Source: Thecamonas trahens ATCC 50062
Lineage: Eukaryota > Protista > Apusomonadida
Length of the DNA stretch: 64,000 bases
Direction of reading: 5' to 3'
Assembly (NCBI RefSeq): GCF_000142905.1
Contig: NW_013657657.1
Span: forward strand, 62,001-126,000
This document shows positions 32,301 through 42,205 of this stretch, piece by piece. Position numbers and translations under genes: made by a program. How positions within the stretch are numbered: the first letter of the stretch is position 1; every line of letters begins with the position of its first letter. Under the pieces are notes generated by a model. The model searched no databases. It was not told where the DNA came from and saw only the letters and a program-made list of their open reading frames with translations.

Positions 32301-34062
32301 CTGCCGTCGGTGACACCAGCCGCCTACTGCTTCCGCCGCCCACCCCGCTTGCCGCAATCCCAATCGACGGCGCCGACCGCGAGCCGTGCAGCCTGGCTCC
32401 GCTAACGCTACCAGCCGTCGGGCTCTGCATCTCGCCCGCTGATGCCATTGAGTCGAACGAATCCTGTGTCTGCAGCAGCGTGTCGAGCGCCTTGCAATCA
32501 CCGACCGAAGCGTCCAACTCGGCGCTGGGGACCGCGTACGCGGCGTTGGGCGGGAGCGCCCGGCCGGTCGACCGCACGTGCTTGCGCGGGTGCGGTGCGT
32601 CAAAGAGCTTGACAAAGCCGAGCGCTGAGCCGAGCCCCATGCTCGACGTCGAGAGCGGCACGTTCTTGGCCTGCACCGCGTGCTCGCCCGAGAGCTTGTA
32701 GCCAAAAGTCAGGTCGATCCAGTTGTGCAGTTCAGCTGAGACCGCCGGTGACTCGAGGAGCGCAGCGTGTGCCGCAATAAAGGCCTCGGCCGTCGGCGCC
32801 CACGACGGGAGCGCCAGCGACGGCATGTCCGGGTGGATCGAGTCAAAGATTGACGGGTCGGTGAAGAACTGCGGAATGGCCTCGTCCGGCGACCAGACGT
32901 AGAGCCGCTCCAGCGATGAAGGGTACTCGTTCGGCTCCCACTTGGACCGGACCACCGAAGTGAGAACCTCAACCGGCGTGACCCGTGCCATGTACGCGAA
33001 GAACGTGATGTCCGAGAGCGCGTGCGTAATGTGGTGCGGCGGTGACGCCGCTGAGTACATCATGTCCAGCTGGGCGTCTCCCTTCTTGAGCCGATACTTG
33101 GACTTGCTCAGGTCGCGGAGTGCGCCCGGATCGGAAGCGCTCGCTCCGCTAAAGTCGGTGATCCATGGGAGAATGGCGTGAAAGTGCGGCTCGCCTACCG
33201 TCCGCCCCACCGCCGCATTGAGTGCCATCAGATACTCAAAGTTGCTCACACCGCCCGCCACCCAAGCCGCCGTCAACGAGCTGGTGCCCGCCGGGGCGCG
33301 CAGCACCGCCGCCGCCGCAGCCGCCGCCCGGAGCACCGCCCCGCCGCTCGGCGGATCCATCGTGAGCAGCAGCGCCGGTGAGAACCGCAGCGCCTGCGGC
33401 GCAAGACCGCCGTGCACCACCCCGCGCGCGTGCACCGCTGCAAGCCCCTGTACCGCCTGGTACGCCACAAACAGCCGCTGGTTGAGCGAGAGCGGATGGA
33501 GCGTCGCGTGCGCAAGCACCCGCGTCAAGTCCCACGGCTCGCGTGCTACCTGAACCACACCATTCTCCAGCGTCACTTCACGCGGCAGTGTGGGATGAAC
33601 CGGCTTCAGCCACCGCTCGCCATCCCTCTGGGCATACACCGCGTCGAGCGCCGCCTCCACCCCGCCTTCCACAATCAGCCCGGTGCCCGCCGCCGCCGCC
33701 TCCGACTCGACATCCGCGCCAGCTATGGAGCTCCACGGGCCACCGAGCGAGGCCAAGTACGCATCCAGCGAAATGCTTCCCTCGTGCTCGCTCCCGTTGC
33801 CACCACTGACCGCATCGCCCACCGACAGCGACCACGGCGAGCTGCAGCTGTTCGCGAGGAGCGATCGCCGAGGAATGTGGCCGCGATTGCTGCTCTTGGC
33901 GGAGGCGGCAGCATTGGCCACGCACTCGTGTTTGCCATCTCCACCATTTCCTCCAACTCTGCCACTTGCGCCGTGACCGTCCCTGTCATCGCCGTCCCCC
34001 ACCACGCCGCAGTCGGTGACCACCACCAGCCGCCGCACCTCAGCCCCTTGCCACGCCGACAT
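29359..34062 (-). CDS. WDR81: WDR81/SORF-2-like BEACH-domain WD40 protein
   Basis: Kinase-like segment (LFVAYQAVQGLAAVHARGVVHG), then BEACH (W..G.VSNFEYLMALN, RDLSKSKYRLKKGD.QLD, VRSKWEPNEYPSSLERLY.WSPDE.IP.F, LHNWIDLTFGYKLSG), a helical region and C-terminal WD40 repeats. Confidence 0.85.
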   Translation of the reverse strand: MSAWQGAEVRRLVVVTDCGVVGDGDDRDGHGASGRVGGNGGDGKHECVANAAASAKSSNRGHIPRRSLLANSCSSPWSLSVGDAVSGGNGSEHEGSISLDAYLASLGGPWSSIAGADVESEAAAAGTGLIVEGGVEAALDAVYAQRDGERWLKPVHPTLPREVTLENGVVQVAREPWDLTRVLAHATLHPLSLNQRLFVAYQAVQGLAAVHARGVVHGGLAPQALRFSPALLLTMDPPSGGAVLRAAAAAAAVLRAPAGTSSLTAAWVAGGVSNFEYLMALNAAVGRTVGEPHFHAILPWITDFSGASASDPGALRDLSKSKYRLKKGDAQLDMMYSAASPPHHITHALSDITFFAYMARVTPVEVLTSVVRSKWEPNEYPSSLERLYVWSPDEAIPQFFTDPSIFDSIHPDMPSLALPSWAPTAEAFIAAHAALLESPAVSAELHNWIDLTFGYKLSGEHAVQAKNVPLSTSSMGLGSALGFVKLFDAPHPRKHVRSTGRALPPNAAYAVPSAELDASVGDCKALDTLLQTQDSFDSMASAGEMQSPTAGSVSGARLHGSRSAPSIGIAASGVGGGSSRRLVSPTAATAPGGGASSSSTSTGLMSALRRLTEPIERLRGRVTNPSSPAASSGLPVLDPAPRSGTPVGGPVQGGSPNSGKSTGSPGGGGAGIGPGSGPVVSDGGGGATGSDSGPGGSGLALAVEARRRSSSVTSSATPSSSTGVGPFFTPAPIQVERTAALDALTYALDAHETCGEFEALAQRWLEPFVASGESRSQAGDCVALAGVLEPLLLAMQDGVGVGEQLLSAIRGAQSGLAAAALTAGLFPAALREAFEAVAAVREARASGHDPLSVLEALLDGAAYMSKLDMLELVLPVSLPVEDASKASVDAARIVLALVRHLGPQLSGRMLKSRVVALYGQLSEAASEPQYAALLLDAEYVRSVMVAFGGAFVVTEILPAVIELVVDGSLEFVSLLALQLEKLLVEVFLPVVGLKFVVMPLVVAVARGASEAVTELAIRCVASVGEPALSHHVIPFVMYHLSRAVGRGDRAPVSGVIGLLRLVGAFLDELDSEVVLNTLVVPSTALFDFLLHPPMDSEEVFRLAAGLCMRVAEVIGPDAVRAHAIDRFALYLADYDDFYESMEAEPLWRHAGGGEASDLHTPEFACLVYHTLCRLVGQVTMRREIENAELIEALMYTHLSSGAAELKANELVASGVGPGVVPTMRRRALDSESPVAVWAGAMPPLRGTGVAEWRKHWEPEDRPVGVLEGHSDRVRAVAVSGDERILVSASRDGSASVWRLDGTERSAVYSRHSEALHDVVLLPFAGHAVSCDSQLHVWDVETGATVASYEGTSPMLSLAHVGHASLVLGGTLESTIRFFDVRTPRALHEWHAMPASASAGAATYVRTLVASEPACAVLAGLSTGHVSTLDLRAGNFVQAWRAHSSQVLDMKLLSLDSGPQVLVTSSSDHSVAVWNALGHGAPRLLSRGHGHRDPVASLAYHGRQLFGVGGSLLSVANLLHDGALESSEMRMLRMQCVRTKDALSVVRVLPLSRMFVFGFENGALRVSG

Positions 34063-34966
34063 ACACAGGCAGACACGCACACGCACACAGGCACACACAC
34101 ACACTCACACGCACACGCACACACGCACACGCACACAGTAGTGAAGAAGCCCTCTCCTTTCCCACCTTACTCTGCTTCCCTGCAAGAGTACAGCGACAAG
34201 TATCCCCCCCTGTGTCACCCTGCCCGTCTGCCTGGCCACACACGCTCCGCCCCTGCCACCACCCCCCCCCCCCCCCCCACCCCACCCCCACCACCACCAC
34301 CACCCCCCCGGCATCGCACGAAGATGGCAACGATCTGGAGGTAGATGAGTGTGAGAGGGAGAGAAGCATGAGTATGCGCTGCTGGCTGAGGATATAAGGG
34401 GGCTACAGGCTGGTTTCCCTGCCCATGTATGCCTCCCAGGGGGGAGGGAGGGGCAGGGGGGGAAGAAGGAGGAGGGACTTTGTGCGCGGAGAATTGGTGA
34501 TCACCGAAGATGAGTCGCAGAGAGAGACCTACCTGGTCATGACGGTAGGATGAATCACACATCAGCGGGGATGGGGATGGAGAGGAAGAGGTGGGAATCA
34601 GAAGGTATATATATATACATATGATTTTAAATATGTGTGTGTGTGCATGTATGTGTGTGTGTGTATGCGTGTCTCTCTCTCTCTCTCGCTTTCTCTGTGT
34701 CTGCAGTGCGCAGTTATCCCATGATCAGACCATGATCTCTCTCTGCGATGCACAACGTCACAGCCTACAACACACCACATACATCCTCCACACATGCCCA
34801 ATCCCCAATCAACTCATCCCCCCCCCCCCCTCCTCCCCTCCTCCCTCTCTCCCTCCTTCTTCTCTAATCAAATCGATCCTCCCCCCGAGAGGCAACGGTC
34901 GTCGTCCGGGGCCAACCACGGCCGACCAACAGAGGCCGACACCCGACTCTTTCCACAATGCAGGCC

Positions 34967-35584
34967 ATGGAGATTGAGAGCAACACAGCCGACGTGTGCG
35001 CCATTGCCCAGCCCCTTGCCGACGACAAGCTGACCAAGAAGATCTTCAAGGTCATCAAGAAGGGTACGCCCCCTCTTCCCTCCCCCCCCCCTTCTCCCCT
35101 CCCCCCCCCCCTCCGACAGTCCGGGTGGCTGCCCATCCAGGCCTCCATCCCGCACCCTCTCCCCCCCTCCCCTACCCCCCCCCCCACCCACGCAACCACC
35201 ACTCACTGCCTCCACCCCCTGTACCCTACAACTTGTGTGTGTCCGTGTCCGTGTCTGTATGTGTTTGTGTGAATAGCTGGCAAGGAGAAGCTCATCCGGC
35301 GTGGGGTCAAGGAGGTGGTCAAGGCTATCCGTAAGGGCGGCAAGGGCTTTGTGGTCCTCGCTGGCGACATTTCGCCCATTGATGTCATTTCGCATATTCC
35401 CATCATGTGTGAGGATGCTGGCATCACCTACATCTACGTGGCTTCAAAGGAGGACCTTGGTGCTGCATCGGGTACCAAGCGCCCGACTTCGGTCATCCTT
35501 GTTACTGTCGATGACTCGTTCAAGTACAAGGAGCTGTACGATGAGGCCGTCGCTGCCGCTGCCGCCCTCGCCCCCTCGTTCTGA
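34967..35584 (+). CDS. NHP2: H/ACA snoRNP subunit NHP2 (L7Ae family; exons 34967-35063 and 35277-35584)
   Basis: IAQPLADDKLTKKIFKVIKK|AGKEKLIRRGVKEVVKAIRKG, LAGDISPIDVISHIP and TKRPTS. Intron GTACGC...AATAG. Confidence 0.94.
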
Positions 35585-35740
35585 TCATCAGCGCTCTCCT
35601 CTCTGGCACCGTCGCTGCTCGCCGGGCTCACGCTCGCTTGGCCTCTGCAGTCACTGCGCCTCACTCTTGTCGCTCCCCCCCTCCTCCTCACCACCACACC
35701 TATCGCCGCTGTAAACGGACTCTACACTCTGCAGCCTTGC

Positions 35741-37967
35741 TCACCGCCGTTCAAACGGCACCCGCGGTGCAAGATGCGATCGCAGGTTGACTGCCTGGTT
35801 CAGCTTGAGCTCCATCTGGTCGTGGATGGAGAACAGCAAGCTCTTCAGGCTGCGGATCGTCCGGGTCGATACCTCCAGCTGGCCCATCAGTTGGCGCTTG
35901 GCCACCAGTTCCATCTCCAGCTGCTGCTGGCGCGAGGCAAGCTGCGAGACCACGGTCGACTTTTCCATCTGCGCCGTCTTGATCTTGGCCTTGGCTCGCG
36001 CGAGCAGGTGCTCGTACGCGCCCTGGATGTCCAGCAGCGCCGCCCGGTGCTTGCCCTCGAGCTCGATCTTGAGGGCGAGGACCTGCTCCTCGGACGGCGG
36101 CGCCGGCGGCCGGGGCGATGCCGATGCCTGGGTGCTTGCCGTCGGCGAAGACGCGGCGCGGTTCGATTGGCGAGCCTCAGCCCGCGATGCGCCGCCGGCC
36201 AGCAGCGGCTCGAGCGGGCGCGCCCCAGGATGCCGCAGCGCCGTCTCCAGCATGGCGATGTTAGCCCGTTGGCTCACGCCATGGAAGTCCATCGACGCGA
36301 TGAGCGCGTGCGCCTCGGCGAGCTCGGCGTCTTTGTCGGCGAGCTGCAGCTTGAGCTCACGGACCTCGACCATCAGCTCGACATTGCGCTTTTTGGCCGC
36401 TTTAGCTCGTGCTCGTAGCGCGGCCGATGGCGCCTCGGCCAGCGCGAGGTTGGTCGCCGATGCCGAGTTGGCCATGAGCGCTACGCGCTCGCGCTCCAGC
36501 TCGAGCTGCGCCTCCAGCTTGGCGTTGGCCCGTTCCAACTCGGCAATGCGCTTCATCAGTGCACGCTCCCGGCCCTCAGCCTCCTTCTCGCGCGCCAGGA
36601 ATGTTTGAACGAGCTCAGTGTCCATGCTCGGCACAAGTTGCGTCTCCGACATGCTCCCTGATACCCTTGATGCTTCAGTGCGCGGGCTGCCTCCGGCTTG
36701 CGACCGCGACCGCGACCGCGAGCCTACTGCTCGCTTCTGCCGCCGAGCCTCGCCGTCCTTTTGCGCCTGCGACTTGGATCGCCGCCGCACCAGGCTCGGG
36801 CTTGACTCGGCTTGCATCGAGTCGAGCATGCGCGACTTGTCGTCTGGCCGTCCCACCACAGCCGGAGTCGACTGCCGCCGCTTCATCCTCAGCGCCATCG
36901 CTGTTGCCGCCGCCGATGGCGGCGGCTCGTCTGGAGTCACTGCCTTACCCTCGGCAGCCGCCCGCGAGCGTGATGCCGACCGCGAACGTGAACGCGAGCG
37001 CGAGCGCGAGCGTGATGCCGACGCCGACCGCGAGCCAAACACATCACCACCATCACCGTCACCCGACATGTTGTCGACATCGTGTGCCGTGTCGTCGTCG
37101 CTGTTGTCCAGCAGCGCGTGAACGTATGACGCAACCGAGTCGCCGTCAGTGCCGATGTCGATCAAGACCATCGACTCGCCAGACGCCTGCGCCGCCGCCT
37201 GGTCATCAGAGCCTGCATCGGCTCTGTCGTCTCTTTGTGGCTCGTCCACCTGGCCGCAATCGCTGCCAACGCTCGCTGCGTCGTCGTTGCACTCGGTGGT
37301 CTCTGCCCCAAACTCAGACTTGAACTCTGTGAGCATCGAGTCAGGATCCGACTTGAAAAAGTCGGTGGTCGGCTGCGAAACGTCGGCTGCGGGCTCGTGG
37401 GCAATCTCAACGACTAGCGATGACGGGATGCGACCCTCGCCAGGAATGCCGACCACCGAGCCCATGAGCCATTGCGACGAGATCCTCGACGTGATTGTCA
37501 GCAGATCACCCTTTTCAAAAAAAAGATGCCCACTCGACAGCGGCTCATAGTCGTCGAGCGCCCGGACCGTGTACCCTGACGGCGCGACCACCGACGGCGC
37601 GACCGCCGACAGCGCCGTCGTCTCGAGCTGCGGCCGCCCATCCTCGCTTGCGTCGCTGCTCCCGCTCCCATCAGCGCTTGCCTCGGCCTCACCATCGTCG
37701 CTTGCCTCGACCTCGACGTACTCGACGACTTCTTCGTATTCGTACTCGGCCTCGGCCTCGTCCCCAGCCTCGGCCTCGCCCCCAGCCTCGCCGCCAGCCT
37801 CAGCCTCGACCTTAGCCTCAGCCTCAGCCTCGCCGCCAGCCTCAGCCTCAGCCTCGCCCTCAGCCTCAGCCTCGCCGCCAGCCTCAGCCTCAGCCTCGCC
37901 CCCAGCCTCGCCGTCAGCCTCGGCCTCGGCCTCAGCACTAGCGCCTCGGTCCTGATCAGCCTCTACG

Positions 37968-38005
<38 letters not shown>

Positions 38006-38407
38006 GGCAGTGGCAGCAGTGGCATCCGGAGACACAGGCATGGAACCAATGAGGTCGAGAAAGTTCGAAGGGACATGGCCCTCGATGCCATCTGCGCCAA
38101 AGGCAGTCCACCACCTGCCGGTTGCGTCTGTGACGGTCATGACCTCGCCCTTGACCATGTTGATCTGGCCCACGCGTTGGGCGGAGAAGGCATACTGTGC
38201 GATGGCAAAGGAAGCCCCATCTGGCGGAGTGGCTAAAGTCAGATAGTTTGCAGGCACCAGGCCCTTTGCCTCTCTCAGCGATGCCTCCCACCACTGTCCC
38301 ACAGCCGAGTGCAGCAGGAGCAGGTCGTTGGCGGCAAAGGACAGCTGCCCGCCCTGACTCGCCTGAAAGGTATGCAGCGCACGCGCCACTCTGGGCGTGC
38401 TAGCCAT
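35741..38407 (-). CDS. Protein with three SH3 domains, an acidic linker and a C-terminal coiled coil
   Basis: ARALHTF..QLSF..WW..GLVPANY; AIAQYAF..WW..GHVPSNF; VRALDDY..HLFFEKGD..W..GRIPSS. The C-terminus is heptad-rich. Confidence 0.85.
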
Positions 38408-38566
38408 CACTCCACCTCCCTCTCCACCTGTTTGCTATCCCTCTTCTTCCCCCCTCCCTCCTCTCGCTCTCTTCCAGAGTCGAGTGTGCCTGCCACCGCC
38501 TGCCTCCCCTTCCCCCCCCCCTCCCCCCCCTCCCTCCCTATCCACACCTCACTCCCATCCCCAGCC

Positions 38567-40314
38567 ATGGCCGACCCACTCCTCCTCCCCCCACCCCTCC
38601 CCCTCTCCTACCCATCCTCGACTCCAGCCGCTACCGGGACACCTGTTGTTACCTCCCATCTGGTGGCTACCTCCTCGTACTGGGCGGCAAAGGCAGCAGT
38701 CCGGGCCGAGCTGCTCCCTGCAGGTCATGGTGGACCGCTGCCACACCTGCTGGATGCGCACGATCTGGCGGCTACACTCTCGGACTCTCACTCTGCTCGG
38801 CCTATGCTGGCCACTGCTCACCGCATGCATGCCATGGCTCTTGCTGCGGACGGATCGAGTCTGGCGAGCCCGCGCCGCTCGCTGGCACAAGCTGCTCTTG
38901 CCTCACTCGCTCTCCCCCCGATCACGGAAAGGCAGAGCCGCTAGAGGCAGTTGCCCGTGCTCGCGAGGCGTGGCGGACAGAGGTTGTTCGTGGTCTGCGC
39001 GAGATGCGTGCCAAGCTGGGCCTGCCGTGGGCCCGCCTTCGCAGTGCTGCCGAGCTGGCCGAGGACGACGACGATCGTGCCGTGGCCGAGGACGAGCGCC
39101 TGGTTGCTCTGCTAGACAAGGGCCTTGTCCAGCCGCTGGCGATCAACGCCCTCTTCCGCGCTCTCATCCGCATCACCAACCCAAATGCCACAGCCGCCTT
39201 TACCCGCTTCTTCCCGCTCGGCCTCATCTCGCTCGCTCTTGCTGTTCCGTCCCGTTCCGAGCTTCGCTGTTCGTGGGACGCACTCAGCCTCGGCAACAAG
39301 TGCTGCGACGACTCGCTCGCGCCCGATGGTCCCACCGAGTGGGAGGATGCGCATTACGAGGCCGGCAAGGCGCTACTGGCTACGGGGGACGTCGACGCGC
39401 TCCGCGACTGGGCCCGCCATGGCATCCCATCGTCGCTTCGCTTCGACGCTTGGCTCGCCCTCCTGCTTGTCGCTCCCTCGCATGACAACGCGCTACACTT
39501 TGATGCCCTCCTGGGCGAGGTTGAAGCTTGGGACTTTGCCATCGATGCTCCTCTCCGCGCCGACATCAACGCCACCGCCAACGATGAACACTACTTTGTC
39601 TTTCTGGATCTCATCCGCGACGTCGCCCTGGCCTTTGTCCGCGACCGCACACTGCCGTCGCTCCTTGCCCTGCCCGGTATTAGCCTTGTCGACCCGAGCT
39701 CGGGCGCAGCCTATCCGCCGTGCGGCGTTGTCCCACCCGAGGGCCTCGCCCACATGATTGCTCCCCTTGCGTACCTGTCTTCCGCTCCCGACGGTGTGTA
39801 CTCCGTCTTTCGCGCTCTCTACACCCGGCACCTGGTCCGGCTCTCGGCGCTCGCCTCGGGCTCCGAGTCGCTCCTCACCCTTGCCGCCGCCTTTGAGACC
39901 TGGCTCGCCGAGCTCGATCCTGTCCTTGCCGCCCACTGCACCGCCATCGGCGCACCGCCTCTTCGTGCCGCCTTTCCCTGGCTTGTCCGCGGCTTTTCGT
40001 CGTTTCTTCCACCGGGCCAGCTCCTCGCGCTCTGGGACAGGATCGTCGCCTATGACTCGCTTTACGTCGTGCCCGCCCTCGCTGTCGGCATCTTTACGCT
40101 TCGTGCCTCCTCGCTTCTTGAGTGTGCGTCCCCACAGGACGTCGCCGGTGTGCTCTCCAACCTCTCGGGTATCTGCGTCGTCCAGCTCCTACAGCTTGCT
40201 TTTCTGCCACAACCCGTCTCGACCACTAGCGCGGATCACGAGAACCAGCCCTTGCCGCGGCCCTTGGCCCGCTCGATCTTGACCGAGAGTTCGTTCCACT
40301 GCGACTCGGGGTAG
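38567..40314 (+). CDS. TBC1D19: TBC1 domain family member 19-like; apparent frameshift at ~38927
   Basis: EPLEAVARAREAW..., TANDEHYFVF.D, YPPCGVVP.. and LLALWDRIVAYDSL resemble recalled TBC1D19 segments. The 5' part lies in the adjacent frame and is joined by adding one A to an A3 run. Confidence 0.8.
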
Positions 40315-41843
40315 ACCTGTGCGCTCTGCAGGTACTTGATGAGCTGGCTGTTGGCCTGCATGTAGTACGGCGTCGTCTGGTACTGAAGCACCTTGTGCAT
40401 GATCGAGCCCATGAGCCGCAGCTTGCGAAAGTTGACGTGGCCCGAGCTGAGCACGTCCGGCTGCGCATCGTCGGTCTTGTACAGCAGCGACGAGAAGATC
40501 GAGAGGACCGGCACAAGCGGCGGTGTTGCCTTGAAAAGCGCCGCCTGGTAGTTGGCGTTGTTCTTGCGCGGCTCAAACAAGATCTGTATCGGCTTGAGTG
40601 CTGCCAGCGCAGCCTCGGGCACCGCGCTCCGCAGTACTTTGAGCCGCGCAATGGCGGGCGTTACGTCGAGCGCGATCCACGCGTTGAGTGCGTCGTGAAA
40701 GTTACTCAGCTTAAGAAACTCGTGCGGGAGCGCAAGAAGCTTGGTGTAGAGCCTGATGCGGTCCTTCTTCTTCTGCGGCGCGAGGACAAGGCTCACCAAC
40801 CATGCTCGCATCCGGTTGGTGAATCGAGTCCACGCCGTGAACGCCGGCGCCGCTGCAGGGTCGTCCGAGAACGTCGACCGCAGGCACTCGAGCGGCTCGA
40901 TCCGCGAGAAGAGGCCAAACGAAATGAGGGTCACCTGCCGCGCCACGTCTGCGACATCGAGTGATGCCACAATGCTTGCCGCCTCGGCTGCCGGAAAGGC
41001 CTTTGGATTGGCCGGCGCCAGCCGGTCGAGCACCATTTGCAGCGGTGCGTTGGGCGGCAGGTGCTCGAGCAGTGGCGAGTGGGCCTTGTCCGGCAGCGAA
41101 CCCTCGACATGGATAGCGCAGCGCGCGAGCTCCCGCAGCGCCTCTACTACCTCGCCCGCTGGCCGCATCCGCAACGCCCGGTCAACGAACGTCAACAAGT
41201 TGTCGAGCGTCGCCATCGACTCGCCGTCGGTGCCTGCAAACAGATGCGCGTCGGTCTCAAGCAGCGCACGCATCAGCGCCAGCACCCGCAGCTGCGCCGG
41301 TGCCCCAGCACCGCCCTCGCCCGCGCCTGCTCCAAACATGCTTGCTAGCAGCGACACAAGCTCGTGTGGCGTGGTAAAGTACCGGTAGGTGAGCAGAAAG
41401 TCCTCCAGGAGCGCTTCGTCTCCGCTGCACGACGGATCAACCAGCGCCCACGTCAGCGCCTCCCTCGTCCCACTCACCACGCATCCGTCCTCTTTCACCA
41501 GATCACTGCCGGCAACGTCAACGCCCGCCGCGATCATCGTCGCCTTGGCAACCGCTTCCCCCACCGGCGCCTCGCCCTCGGTCTCGGCCCCATCCGTTGT
41601 CGACATCATCGATGATGACGACGCCGCCAACGACATCGACGACTCGGACCGCGACGCCGCCTGCACAAGGATATGCGGCGGGAGCGCCGATGCCACCCGC
41701 GCACGAGCCGCACCACCACGGTCAGCCCTGGCTCCCACCATTGAATCCCCAGCCTCACCGCCCATCCTTGCAATGACCTCGGACAGCGACGACGACGACG
41801 ACGACAAGCCAGCCTTGTACCCCTGAGTCTCGTCGGTCTCCAT
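40236..41843 (-). CDS. RasGEF (REM + CDC25 homology domain)
   Basis: DFLLTYRYFTTP.EL, VARQVTLISFGLFSRIEP.E, LSNFH, PPLVP.L and VNFRKLR. Confidence 0.9.
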   Translation of the reverse strand: METDETQGYKAGLSSSSSSLSEVIARMGGEAGDSMVGARADRGGAARARVASALPPHILVQAASRSESSMSLAASSSSMMSTTDGAETEGEAPVGEAVAKATMIAAGVDVAGSDLVKEDGCVVSGTREALTWALVDPSCSGDEALLEDFLLTYRYFTTPHELVSLLASMFGAGAGEGGAGAPAQLRVLALMRALLETDAHLFAGTDGESMATLDNLLTFVDRALRMRPAGEVVEALRELARCAIHVEGSLPDKAHSPLLEHLPPNAPLQMVLDRLAPANPKAFPAAEAASIVASLDVADVARQVTLISFGLFSRIEPLECLRSTFSDDPAAAPAFTAWTRFTNRMRAWLVSLVLAPQKKKDRIRLYTKLLALPHEFLKLSNFHDALNAWIALDVTPAIARLKVLRSAVPEAALAALKPIQILFEPRKNNANYQAALFKATPPLVPVLSIFSSLLYKTDDAQPDVLSSGHVNFRKLRLMGSIMHKVLQYQTTPYYMQANSQLIKYLQSAQVYPESQWNELSVKIERAKGRGKGWFS

Positions 41844-42205
41844 GCTCCAGCCGTAGAGCCCCGCAAACAGTACAACGCTACGCCAAGACCACCACCAATC
41901 CTACACAACAGCACACACTTACGCCCACACACAAGCCCACCCAACACCAACCAAGTCGCTCAAGACAAGGCTGCCTACCTCCGCCCTCTGCCCACCTGCC
42001 CGCCCGCCCTGCCAGCCTGCCGCCATTCACCGGGTTCGGCTGACCCCCCCCCCCCCCNNNNNNNNNNNNNNNNNNNNNNNNNNNNNNNNNNNNNNNNNNN
42101 NNNNNNNNNNNNNNNNNNNNNNNNNNNNNNNNNNNNNNNNNNNNNNNNNNNNNNNNNCCCCCCACCCCCCACCCCACCCCACCCCACCCCACCCAGTCCT
42201 CGGTC

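Noticed and set aside
38942-38944. Stop-codon readthrough or reassigned TAG in the TBC1D19-like gene
   Set aside because: The conserved sequence continues in a different frame, so this is a frameshift. Other genes end normally in TAG, TAA and TGA.
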